Shown here piece by piece: positions 55,662-64,000 of a DNA stretch of 64,000 nucleotides (positions within the stretch are counted from its first letter, which is position 1; the number at the start of each line of letters is the position of its first letter). The notes beneath the pieces were generated by a model. The model saw nothing but the letters and a program-made list of their open reading frames with translations, had not been told where the DNA came from and did not search any database. The translations under genes were made by a program, and so were the position numbers. The stretch is from Patescibacteria group bacterium (GTDB taxonomy: Bacteria > Patescibacteriota > Minisyncoccia > UBA6257 > 02-FULL-45-10c), in assembly GCA_018969615.1 (NCBI GenBank), contig JAGWYA010000004.1, positions 9,922 to 73,921 of the forward strand, read 5' to 3'.

Positions 55662-57530
55662 ATGGATGACTTTAATTTGGAACATTCCATCATTGAGAGC
55701 GGGATCAAGAATGACCTGGAGGTCATGGAAGTCCCGCTTTCGAAGAACGCCTTCCGCCTGATCAGCGTCATGGTGATCCTTTTTGTCGGCACCGTTTTTC
55801 TCCGCGTGTTCGACCTCTCGGTGGTCCAGGGAGCGTTCTATTCCGAGCGGTCCGCGATGAATGTGACCGAACCGGTGACCCTTCCTGCGACCCGCGGAGT
55901 GATCTACGGACGGTATGGAACGGTCTTGGCCACGAACAAGCCCGCGTTCCGCGTTGTCTTCAATGCGGTGACCGCGGAGCAGGAACATTTGGACCTTGCG
56001 AAAGTGGCAAGCGAAGCGGGGCCGATCCTCCAGATGAGCGAGTCCGATCTGCAAACGACCTTGGGACAGGCGAATATCGAGAAGACCGCCTTGGTGACGC
56101 TCGCGCGCAATGTTGATTCCCAGCAGATCGCCGCGATCGAAAAGTTGAATGAAAAAGCGCTGGAAGTGCAGGATGACTACACTCGCGTTTATCCCATGGG
56201 ACCCGCGTTCGCTCAGGTCATCGGGTATACCGGCCTTGCGCAATACGGCGAGGTGCATGGGCGGGCGGGGTTGGAGCAGTATTACGACAGCGAGCTTTCG
56301 GGTACGGACGGGACGCGTCTTTTTTATCGGTCCGCGACCGGCGATCTGCTGGGCGAGAAGCTTTTGACCGCTCCGCAGAACGGCGAAGATATGCATACGA
56401 CGATCGATGCGGGGTTGCAGCAGTATTTTTACGATCGGATCGTGCAGGACCTGCATGATCTGGGAAGGAACATCGGTCTGGGGATCGCACTGGATCCGAA
56501 TACCGGACAGGTGCTCGCCATGGTGAACGTGCCGAGCTATGACAATAATATCTTTACCGATGCATCGCCGGCTTCCACCGCCGCGCGCGCCGCTTTGCTT
56601 TCGGCTCCGTATGAACCGTTGTTCAACCGGGCGATCTCCGGCCAATATACGCCGGGATCGACCATTAAGCCGGTTGATGCGATCGGCGGCTTAACGGACG
56701 GCGTGATCACGCCGCAGACCGAGGTTTTTTCGAAAGGCTACATCGAACTGCCGAACCCGTATGATCCGGCGCATCCGAGCCGGTTCTATGATTATGAGCC
56801 GAACGGCTGGGTGAATGTGCGTTCCGCGCTTGCCCGCTCGAGCAATATCTTTTTCTATGCGACCGGCGGCGGCTTCGGCGATGTGTCCGGCTTAGGGATC
56901 GATCGCCTGAAGCAGTGGTGGCAATTCTTCGGGTACGGATCGAAGACCGGCATCGACCTTGCCGGCGAGAGCGTCGGTTTCTTGCCTGACCCTCAGGAAA
57001 AAGAAGCGGTGAAGCATGACATCTGGCGTATCGGCGATACGTACAACGTATCGATCGGCCAGGGAGATCTTCTGGTGACGCCGATCCAACTGATCAGGCA
57101 GATCGCTTCGATCGCAGCGAACGGAAAGGAGTATAAACCTTATCTGATGCAGGAATTAGTCGGATCGAACGGCACGACGACCGTCGCGACGCCTGATCTG
57201 ACCTTGGATTATTCGAACCTTGCACCCGCGATCACTGAAGTCCAGCAGGGCATGCAGGATGTGGTCAGAATGCCGTATGGAACCGCTTATGAGCTGCACG
57301 ACCTTCCGTTCCCGGTCGCGGCGAAGACGGGAACATCGCAGACCGACAATAACCAGAAGGTGAACGCGCTGTTCGTCGGATACGCGCCGGCAGATCATCC
57401 GCAGGTCGTAGTTTTGGTATTGGTTGAGAATGCGAATCAAAGCAGCTTGAACGTGGTGCCGGTCGGCAAGGACGTATTGAATTGGTATTACCAGAACCGC
57501 ATTCTCACGCCGGGAACTGCCCTTCAGTAG
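55662..57530 (+). CDS. mrdA: Peptidoglycan D,D-transpeptidase PBP2
   Basis: 622 aa. N-terminal transmembrane helix, a dimerisation domain, and transpeptidase motifs STIKP, SxN and KTG (AAKTGTSQ). Confidence 0.9.
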   Translation: MDDFNLEHSIIESGIKNDLEVMEVPLSKNAFRLISVMVILFVGTVFLRVFDLSVVQGAFYSERSAMNVTEPVTLPATRGVIYGRYGTVLATNKPAFRVVFNAVTAEQEHLDLAKVASEAGPILQMSESDLQTTLGQANIEKTALVTLARNVDSQQIAAIEKLNEKALEVQDDYTRVYPMGPAFAQVIGYTGLAQYGEVHGRAGLEQYYDSELSGTDGTRLFYRSATGDLLGEKLLTAPQNGEDMHTTIDAGLQQYFYDRIVQDLHDLGRNIGLGIALDPNTGQVLAMVNVPSYDNNIFTDASPASTAARAALLSAPYEPLFNRAISGQYTPGSTIKPVDAIGGLTDGVITPQTEVFSKGYIELPNPYDPAHPSRFYDYEPNGWVNVRSALARSSNIFFYATGGGFGDVSGLGIDRLKQWWQFFGYGSKTGIDLAGESVGFLPDPQEKEAVKHDIWRIGDTYNVSIGQGDLLVTPIQLIRQIASIAANGKEYKPYLMQELVGSNGTTTVATPDLTLDYSNLAPAITEVQQGMQDVVRMPYGTAYELHDLPFPVAAKTGTSQTDNNQKVNALFVGYAPADHPQVVVLVLVENANQSSLNVVPVGKDVLNWYYQNRILTPGTALQ

Positions 57531-57551
57531 GTTTTACGGTATACTGGAAAG

Positions 57552-58544
57552 ATGAAGAAGTCGCAGTCGCAATTGAGGCAGGACCTGGTCTCCGGAGACT
57601 GGATCGTCATCGCTCCCGGGCGTGCAAAGCGTCCGCATGATTTTTTAAAAAAACGGCGCCCCCGGCGGCGTTCCCCGAGATCAACCTGTCCTTTTGAGGA
57701 TCCGCAGGCATCGGGCAATGGAGCGCCGATCCTGATCTACGGGGATAAGGCGTGGGAGCTCCAGCTTATTCATAATAAATTTCCCGCATTCGTACATAAG
57801 AATGTCTGCAGCGGGATCATGAAGGACGGACCGTATTCGGTGACCGATACGAGCGGCCATCATGAACTGCTGATCACGCGCGACCACGATAAGAATTTCT
57901 CCCAATTATCCCGGACCCGCGCCCGGCAGGTCCTGGAGGCGTTCCGCGACCGCTATCTGATGCTGACGAACGACAAGTGCATCGAATATATTTCCATGTT
58001 CCAGAACTGGGGCCCCACCGCCGGCGCCTCGATCGCGCATCCGCATTATCAGTTCATCGCCGTTCCGATCGTGCCGCCTGATGTCATGCACTCGCTCCGC
58101 GGCTCGCTGCAGTACGAAAAGGAACGGCATCGGTGCGTTCATTGCGTTATGCTGGCATGGGAGAAGAAATATAAAAAGCGCATCATCTATGAGAACGCCG
58201 GTGCGATCGTGTACGCGCCGTTCGTATCCAAAGCGGCTTTCGAAGTCCGCATTTTTCCCAAGCGCCATCTCCCGTATTTTGAGAATACGCTCGATCATGA
58301 TATGGATTGCGTGGCGGATGCGCTCCAGGCGGCGCTTCGCCGGGTGCGCGCGGTTTTAAAGGACCCGGATTATAATTTCTTCATTCATACGGCTCCGCTG
58401 AAGGACAAGAACCGGTACGGGATGTATCACTGGCATATCGAGATCATTCCCCGGTTCTCATTGAATGCGGGTTTTGAGCTGGGAACGGGAATAGAAATTA
58501 ATTCCGTCGATCCTGATATGGCGGCGCGGCTGCTGCGCGGCTAA
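57552..58544 (+). CDS. Galactose-1-phosphate uridylyltransferase family (GalT-like HIT-superfamily nucleotidyltransferase)
   Basis: 330 aa. An N-terminal CPFE...zinc-site remnant. The HPHYQF active-site motif (GASIAHPHYQFIAVP). A second half-barrel. Confidence 0.7.
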   Translation: MKKSQSQLRQDLVSGDWIVIAPGRAKRPHDFLKKRRPRRRSPRSTCPFEDPQASGNGAPILIYGDKAWELQLIHNKFPAFVHKNVCSGIMKDGPYSVTDTSGHHELLITRDHDKNFSQLSRTRARQVLEAFRDRYLMLTNDKCIEYISMFQNWGPTAGASIAHPHYQFIAVPIVPPDVMHSLRGSLQYEKERHRCVHCVMLAWEKKYKKRIIYENAGAIVYAPFVSKAAFEVRIFPKRHLPYFENTLDHDMDCVADALQAALRRVRAVLKDPDYNFFIHTAPLKDKNRYGMYHWHIEIIPRFSLNAGFELGTGIEINSVDPDMAARLLRG

Positions 58545-58547
58545 CCT

Positions 58548-59180
58548 ATGTTCGACCTTATCGCATTGATCAAAGCGGCGGGGTATCTTGGTATTTTTGC
58601 CGTGATCTTCGCTGAATCAGGATTGTTCATCGGTTTCTTTTTTCCGGGCGACAGTCTTTTGTTCACCGCCGGGTTTTTGGCGTCGCAGGGGTATCTGCAG
58701 ATCGGCATGGTCATGGTTTTGGTGTTTATCGCGGCGGTCTTGGGCGACACCGCGGGGTATGCGTTCGGCTATCGGGTCGGCCCGATGATCTTCCGCAGGG
58801 AAGATTCGGTGATCTTCCATAAGGATAATCTTTTGCGCGCCGAAGCGTTTTATGAGAAATACGGCAAAAAGACGATCATTCTTGCCCGGTTCCTTCCCGC
58901 GGTTCGGACGTTCGCGCCGATCCTTGCCGGCGTCGGAAAGATGCGTTACCGCACCTTCGTTTCCTATAACGTTATCGGCGGTCTTTTATGGGGCATCGGC
59001 GTTCCCGGATTGGGATATTATCTGGGACGTTCAGTCCCGAATATCGATCACTATTTATTGCCGATCATCGGGCTGATCATTGTTCTTTCGATCCTCCCGA
59101 CCGCTTTTCAGGTCCTCCGGGACCCTCAGCGGCGGGTGCATATTTGGGGTATACTGAAAAGAATAGCATTCAAGAAATAA
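58548..59180 (+). CDS. DedA/SNARE-associated family membrane protein
   Basis: 210 aa. DedA signature FFPGDSLLFTAGFLA. Confidence 0.8.
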   Translation: MFDLIALIKAAGYLGIFAVIFAESGLFIGFFFPGDSLLFTAGFLASQGYLQIGMVMVLVFIAAVLGDTAGYAFGYRVGPMIFRREDSVIFHKDNLLRAEAFYEKYGKKTIILARFLPAVRTFAPILAGVGKMRYRTFVSYNVIGGLLWGIGVPGLGYYLGRSVPNIDHYLLPIIGLIIVLSILPTAFQVLRDPQRRVHIWGILKRIAFKK

Positions 59181-59197
59181 CAGATCGAATTGTTCAC

Positions 59198-59243
59198 ATG
59201 TTCTGCCTGTTGTAGCTGAACAAGCGCAGCGATAGAACAGGGA
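59198..59243. repeat. Repeat element copy C (ATGTTCTGCCTGTTGTAGCTGA + GAACAAGCGCAGCGATAGAACAGGG), intergenic between the DedA-family gene and tpiA. Probably the minimal form of the element inserted in mnmA.
   Basis: Both modules match copies A and B at 15915 and 16593. Confidence 0.6.
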
Positions 59244-59272
59244 GAACATTTATCATCATTAGAACGGATCCA

Positions 59273-60004
59273 ATGGCAAAGCTGATCATGTTCAATTGGA
59301 AAATGAATCCGTCTTCCGTGCAGGAGGCGGGAGTTTTGGCGCAGGCGAGCGATCATGAGCATGTCGTAGTGGTTCCGCCGTTCCCGTATCTGCTGGTGGC
59401 GGGGGATATGCTGACCCGGGCGCAGCTGGGAGCGCAGGATGTATTCTGGGAGAATCCGCCGGAACGAAAAGGGTCCTTTACCGGAGAAGTATCCGCGAGC
59501 CAGCTGAAGGATATGAATGTGAAATACGTGATCGTGGGCCATTCGGAGCGCCGGCATAAGCTGCATGAATCCGATGAGGTCATCGCAAAAAAGCTCCGGA
59601 CGGCTTTCGATGCCGGGTTTATTTCCGTTCTGTGTGTCGGAGAAACGAAAGAGGAGCGGGCGGCCGGAAAGACGGAAGAGGTCATTACGCGCCAGATCGC
59701 GGCCGATCTCTCGCTGATGGCGGGCGTTTCGATCCCGAGCGATCGGATCCTTCTTGCCTATGAGCCGGTTTGGGCGATCGGCACCGGAGATCCGGAAACG
59801 CCGGCAGGAGCGGCAAAGACCATCGGGTTCATTAGATCAGTGCTCCGGTCGCAGATATCGGTGACGCCGCAAGTCCTTTATGGCGGGTCAGTGACCGGCG
59901 ACAACGTGAATGATTTTCTTAAACTTCCCGAGATCGACGGCGTATTAGTGGGAGGTGCGAGCCTGAAGACGGATGAGATCGAAAAAATGCTTGCTTTGCT
60001 CTAG
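59273..60004 (+). CDS. tpiA: Triose-phosphate isomerase
   Basis: 243 aa. TIM signatures (NWKMN; AYEPVWAIGTG). Confidence 0.93.
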   Translation: MAKLIMFNWKMNPSSVQEAGVLAQASDHEHVVVVPPFPYLLVAGDMLTRAQLGAQDVFWENPPERKGSFTGEVSASQLKDMNVKYVIVGHSERRHKLHESDEVIAKKLRTAFDAGFISVLCVGETKEERAAGKTEEVITRQIAADLSLMAGVSIPSDRILLAYEPVWAIGTGDPETPAGAAKTIGFIRSVLRSQISVTPQVLYGGSVTGDNVNDFLKLPEIDGVLVGGASLKTDEIEKMLALL

Positions 60005-60007
60005 CAT

Positions 60008-60703
60008 ATGGATTCCCCTGAGAAGGTTATCATCAGAACCGTTGACGATCTGCAGATCGCGGCGCTTTGGTACCAGGCTCACCATCCGAAGGGATGGGTG
60101 TTGCTGGTTCATATGATGCCGGCAGTGAAAGAATCATGGGATATGCTTGCCCAAAGCCTTTCCCATGAAGGATATTGCGCTCTCGCGATCGATCTGCGCG
60201 GCCACGGTGAATCAACCGGGGGTCCGAACGGCTATAAGGAATTCACGGATGCTGAACATCAGGAAAGCAGGAAAGACCTTGAGGCGGCATGGGAGTTTTT
60301 GCGCGCGCATGGCGCGCGCCCGGAAGCTACCGCCGTCCTTGGCGCATCGATCGGGGCGAATCTTGCGCTCCAGTTCCTGGCCGATCACTCACAGGTGCGC
60401 CGCGGAGCCTTGTTCTCCGCCGGTATCAACTATCGCGGCCTGATGAGCGCTGATCAGGCGGTAAGGCTTTCTTCTGCGCAGGAGATCCTGCTTGCTACGA
60501 GCAGGGATGATGATAGTAATACCGCTCAAAACGAGGTATTATATAAAGCGCTTCCCTCATCGATGCGAAAGACATTGATCGTCCTTGATCATGGCGGTCA
60601 TGGAACACATATGCTGTCCGCAGGCAGGGAAGGGAGCCGTCTTTCCGCAGCGGTGACCGAATTCATTCTTCATGGAATACTCTCCTCATTCTCCGAAACA
60701 TGA
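60008..60703 (+). CDS. Alpha/beta hydrolase (dienelactone hydrolase/S9-like)
   Basis: 231 aa. GxSxG nucleophile elbow (LGASIGANLAL) and a C-terminal HGGHG. Confidence 0.65.
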   Translation: MDSPEKVIIRTVDDLQIAALWYQAHHPKGWVLLVHMMPAVKESWDMLAQSLSHEGYCALAIDLRGHGESTGGPNGYKEFTDAEHQESRKDLEAAWEFLRAHGARPEATAVLGASIGANLALQFLADHSQVRRGALFSAGINYRGLMSADQAVRLSSAQEILLATSRDDDSNTAQNEVLYKALPSSMRKTLIVLDHGGHGTHMLSAGREGSRLSAAVTEFILHGILSSFSET

Positions 60704-61286
60704 TGTGTGGCTGAGCAGCGGCATCGGCGCAGTGATCGCCGTGCTGATGCTGCCGGTTCTTGCGAATTTTCGCATCGTTCTTTCGCCTGCGCACACGGCG
60801 ATATTCATCGCCGGCATGGCCCTCCTTGCGCTCACCGGATACGGCATTGCGCATGTTTCCAGTAAGCGCTGGCCGGTCGTTATGCAGATCGTGAAGTTCG
60901 CCACGGTCGGTGTTCTGAACTCTTCGATCGATCTCGGCGTGCTCAATACCCTGATCGCGGTGACCGGGATCCCGTTGGGATTATGGTTCTCGGTCTTCAA
61001 ATCGGTCTCGTTCCTGGTGGCGGTCACGAACAGTTATTTTTGGAACAAATATTGGACGTTCCGTGCGACCCATGCCTCGTCTTTGAAGGAGATCGCGCAG
61101 TTCTTTATCGTGAACGTGGGGGGATTTTTGATCAACGTCGGCGTGGCATCGTTCGTCGTGAACGTGATCGGCGCTCCGGCGGGATTCCCGCTCCGCGCCT
61201 GGGCGAATCTGGGGGCGCTTTCCGCGGCGGTCTTCTCAATGACCTGGAATTTCATCGGATTGAAGTTCATCGTTTTTAAGCGGTAG
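60672..61286 (+). CDS. GtrA-family membrane protein
   Basis: 204 aa. GtrA pattern (VKFATVGVLNSSIDLGVLN...YFWNKYWTF). Overlaps the upstream gene by 32 nt. Confidence 0.7.
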   Translation: MEYSPHSPKHDVWLSSGIGAVIAVLMLPVLANFRIVLSPAHTAIFIAGMALLALTGYGIAHVSSKRWPVVMQIVKFATVGVLNSSIDLGVLNTLIAVTGIPLGLWFSVFKSVSFLVAVTNSYFWNKYWTFRATHASSLKEIAQFFIVNVGGFLINVGVASFVVNVIGAPAGFPLRAWANLGALSAAVFSMTWNFIGLKFIVFKR

Positions 61287-61396
61287 TATTTCTCTTGCAT
61301 TTTTGGCACGGATATGCTAGGATAAAAGTGTGAGTGTGAGTATTCCCGAGCGATGATATCGACTGAGGAATGCCCTTTCTCGCGATTTGTAGCAAA

Positions 61397-61425
61397 AGAC
61401 TCCCTTCGGGGAGTCTTTTGTTTTG
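61397..61425 (+). terminator. Rho-independent terminator AGACTCCCttcgGGGAGTCT followed by TTTTGTTTT
   Basis: Read directly. Confidence 0.6.
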
Positions 61426-61461
61426 ACCGGGGCGGGGAGTGTGCATAAGGCCTACTTGTTG

Positions 61462-61491
61462 TCCTGCGCGGGCATAGTATAATACAAGTGA
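61462..61491 (+). promoter_or_regulatory. Sigma70-type promoter (-35 TTGTTG, 16-bp spacer, -10 TATAAT) for hpf, with a roughly 120-nt leader
   Basis: Hexamers read directly. Confidence 0.5.
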
Positions 61492-61615
61492 GTGGTAGGA
61501 GAGCACTCACGCAATACAAATCGCATTGGAGGTCACCACTACCACTCACCGAGCGCAGAACATCGTTTTGTGCGCTGGGTGAGTGGGCTCTTTCGTTCAT
61601 AATTAATCACGATCT

Positions 61616-61945
61616 ATGAGAATACAGATAAGCGCAAAAGGATTTGAACTGACCACGTCGCTGCAGCAATTCGTGGAGGAGAAGATGATGAGCCTTGAGA
61701 AATACGTGTCCCGCTGGGATGAGAACGATTCTGTGATCGTTCGCGTTGAGGTGGCAAAGAACACCAAGCATCACAATAAAGGCGAGGTCTTTTTAGCGGA
61801 GGCCAATATCGATCTGCCGAAGCATCTGGTGCGTATGGAAGTGACCGATGCCGATCTTCATGCCGCCGTTGACGTTCTGAAAGACCGCATGAAGAACGAA
61901 CTTCTGAAATTAAAGGATAAAGAGGATAGCGCGATCCGCGGCTAG
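61616..61945 (+). CDS. hpf: Ribosome hibernation promoting factor (HPF/RaiA, short form)
   Basis: 109 aa. YfiA/HPF fold signature (MRIQISAKGFELTTSLQQFVEEKM...). Confidence 0.85.
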   Translation: MRIQISAKGFELTTSLQQFVEEKMMSLEKYVSRWDENDSVIVRVEVAKNTKHHNKGEVFLAEANIDLPKHLVRMEVTDADLHAAVDVLKDRMKNELLKLKDKEDSAIRG

Positions 61946-61954
61946 GGTCCTCGG

Positions 61955-61986
61955 AATAGCCCTTTCATAATGGGCTATTTTTTATT
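61955..61986 (+). terminator. Rho-independent terminator AATAGCCCtttcataaTGGGCTATT followed by TTTTT
   Basis: Read directly. Confidence 0.55.
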
Positions 61987-62009
61987 ATCATAGGGAAGCG
62001 ATACTTTGT

Positions 62010-64000
62010 ATGGGATTATTCAATTCTTTATTTGATCCGACCCGGGCGTTACGCGCCCGCGCCGCAATGATCACCGACCTCGAGCCTGAAATAGCGGCTT
62101 TGACCGATGCGCAGCTGAAAGAAGAAAGTGCGCGCCTGAAAGAGCATGCCAGTAAGGGCGAGGACCTGAACGAGCTTTTGCCCCGCGCGTTCGCGCTGAT
62201 CCGCGAGGCGGCAAAGCGGACGCTCAAGCAGCGTCATTTTGACGTCCAATTAATGGGAGGGATCGCTTTGCACGAGGGGAAGATCGCCGAAATGGCGACC
62301 GGTGAAGGAAAGACGCTGTCCTCGACCGCGCCGATCTATTTGAACGCGCTGGGAGGGAAAGGGGTTCATGTCATCACAGTGAACGAATATCTCGCCAAAC
62401 GCGACATGGTCTGGATGGGGCAGATCTACCATTTTCTCGGTCTTTCGGTTGCCTGCCTCGTTCACGAAGGAGCGCTGATGTACGATCCGGAATATATTTC
62501 GAAGAACGCGGAGACGCTTATCGACGCCGAGCGCGATACGACCGGCAGCTTTCTCGTACAGGAAGAATACCTTCGCCCGGTCTCGCGCCGGGAGGCCTAT
62601 GAGGCTGATATTACTTACGGGACGAACCATGAGTTCGGCTTTGATTATCTCCGGGACAACTTGGTCTATGCCAAGGAGCAGCAGGTGCAGACCCGCGGCA
62701 GGAATTACGCGATCATCGATGAGATCGACAGTATTTTGATCGATGAAGCGCGGACCCCGCTGATCATTTCCGCCCCTGATGCGGAATCAAGCGATCATTA
62801 TCGAACGTTCGCCCGGATCGCGGCATCGCTGACCCCGAACGAGGATTATGATCTTGATGAAAAGTTCCGCGCCGTTAATATCCTTGAGCCGGGGATCGAT
62901 AAGGTGGAAAAGACGCTGGGGATCGAAAATATCTACGACGCCGAAAATATCCGCCTGACCCATTATCTCGAAGAAAGCCTGAAAGCGCATGCGCTGTTCA
63001 AGCGGGACAAGGATTACGTCGTGAAGAACGGCGAGATCATCATTGTGGACCAGAACACGGGACGGTTGATGTTCGGCCGGCGCTATTCTGGCGGCCTGCA
63101 CCAGGCGATCGAGGCGAAAGAAGGAGTGCGGATCCAGCAGGAATCGCGGACCTATGCCCAGATCACGATCCAGAACTATTTCCGGCTGTACACGAAGCTT
63201 TCCGGTATGACGGGTACCGCCCAGAGCTCAGCGGAGGAATTCGATAAGGTCTATAAGCTCTCGGCCGTCACGATCCCGACGAACAAACCGATTCAGCGAA
63301 AGGATATGCCCGATCTGATCTTTAAGACCGCTGATGCGAAATTTACGGCCGTGGCGCAGGATATCAAAAAGAGGCAGCAGGATGGTCAGCCGGTCCTGGT
63401 GGGCACGATATCGATCGAAAAGAGCGAAGAGCTTTCGTCGTATCTTCAGCGCGCCGGCGTAAAGCATGAGGTCTTGAACGCAAAGAACAATGAGCGTGAA
63501 GGGGCGATCATTGCGCAGGCCGGCAGAGCGGGCGCGGTGACCGTTGCCACGAACATGGCCGGACGCGGCGTTGATATTATTTTGGGCGGGAATCCGCCGG
63601 ATATTCTGGAATCGGAGAAGGTGAAAAAGCTCGGCGGTTTGCACGTGATCGGCACCGAACGCCATGATGCGCGCCGTATCGACAATCAGCTGCGGGGCCG
63701 TTCCGGCCGTCAGGGCGACCCCGGTTTTTCGCAGTTCTATCTTTCGCTTGAGGACGACCTGATGCGCATTTTCGGCGGCGACCGGATCAAGGGGTTGATG
63801 GAATCGCTGGATATCCCGGAAGATATGCCGATCGAATCGACATGGGTATCCCGGGCGGTCTCTCAGGCGCAAAGCAAGGTTGAGGGTTTCAATTTCGATT
63901 CCCGGAAGCATTTGCTTGATTATGATGATATTTTGAACAAGCAGCGTTTGGCGATCTATGACAAGCGCCAGGGGCTTTTGGAACAGCATGTGCATCCGCA
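62010..64000 (+). CDS. secA: Protein translocase ATPase SecA (5' partial; continues beyond the window)
   Basis: Not in the ORF track because there is no stop codon inside the window. I translated it directly: [45 protein letters not shown]...MATGEGKTL (Walker A) and [18 protein letters not shown] (DEAD motif). Confidence 0.93.
   Translation, partial: MGLFNSLFDPTRALRARAAMITDLEPEIAALTDAQLKEESARLKEHASKGEDLNELLPRAFALIREAAKRTLKQRHFDVQLMGGIALHEGKIAEMATGEGKTLSSTAPIYLNALGGKGVHVITVNEYLAKRDMVWMGQIYHFLGLSVACLVHEGALMYDPEYISKNAETLIDAERDTTGSFLVQEEYLRPVSRREAYEADITYGTNHEFGFDYLRDNLVYAKEQQVQTRGRNYAIIDEIDSILIDEARTPLIISAPDAESSDHYRTFARIAASLTPNEDYDLDEKFRAVNILEPGIDKVEKTLGIENIYDAENIRLTHYLEESLKAHALFKRDKDYVVKNGEIIIVDQNTGRLMFGRRYSGGLHQAIEAKEGVRIQQESRTYAQITIQNYFRLYTKLSGMTGTAQSSAEEFDKVYKLSAVTIPTNKPIQRKDMPDLIFKTADAKFTAVAQDIKKRQQDGQPVLVGTISIEKSEELSSYLQRAGVKHEVLNAKNNEREGAIIAQAGRAGAVTVATNMAGRGVDIILGGNPPDILESEKVKKLGGLHVIGTERHDARRIDNQLRGRSGRQGDPGFSQFYLSLEDDLMRIFGGDRIKGLMESLDIPEDMPIESTWVSRAVSQAQSKVEGFNFDSRKHLLDYDDILNKQRLAIYDKRQGLLEQHVHP

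Overview
This 64 kb window has high GC outside the intergenic regions, is densely packed and is almost entirely housekeeping; gene content and the compact forms of several proteins suggest a small-genome, possibly CPR/Patescibacteria-like bacterium. The core gene sets are: (1) replication and transcription: dnaB, dnaG, rpoD, holB; (2) chaperones: an hrcA-grpE-dnaK-(membrane protein)-dnaJ operon fronted by a perfect CIRCE operator; (3) translation: cysS, aspS, alaS, proS, efp, frr, hpf, infA, rpmB, and the conserved infA-rpmJ-rpsM-rpsK-rpsD-rpoA-rplQ and rplM-rpsI ribosomal blocks; (4) export: secD, secF and a 5' partial secA; (5) tRNA modification: mnmA, dus; (6) envelope: murA, two mreB paralogs, a PBP2, a flippase plus a priming sugar transferase, and a DsbA-like/glutaredoxin/trxB redox trio; (7) intramembrane proteases: rseP and a presenilin/SPP-like protein; (8) tRNAs: tRNA-Lys(UUU) and tRNA-Pro(GGG). 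Promoters commonly use a TATACT -10 hexamer, and terminators are GC palindromes that recur as small sequence families. I found no rRNA, no CRISPR array and no transposase or integrase gene. I could not substantiate a clear novel multi-gene system. The strongest unusual signals are: (a) a short repeat element present in three copies, two of them inserted in-frame inside mnmA; (b) a roughly 320-nt GC-rich transcript bounded by a promoter and a terminator upstream of aspS that I could not identify, most likely a noncoding RNA; (c) both tRNA genes have partial direct duplicates of themselves nearby, resembling att sites; (d) a Xre/DUF2384 antitoxin-like gene with no RES toxin partner, next to a CorA-family protein lacking the GMN motif; (e) a nucleotide-salvage cluster that includes a guanylate kinase with an unusual N-terminal fusion; (f) heptad-periodic GTAGGSA repeat arrays in three intergenic regions. 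Coordinates I derived by manual counting may be off by 1-2 nt.
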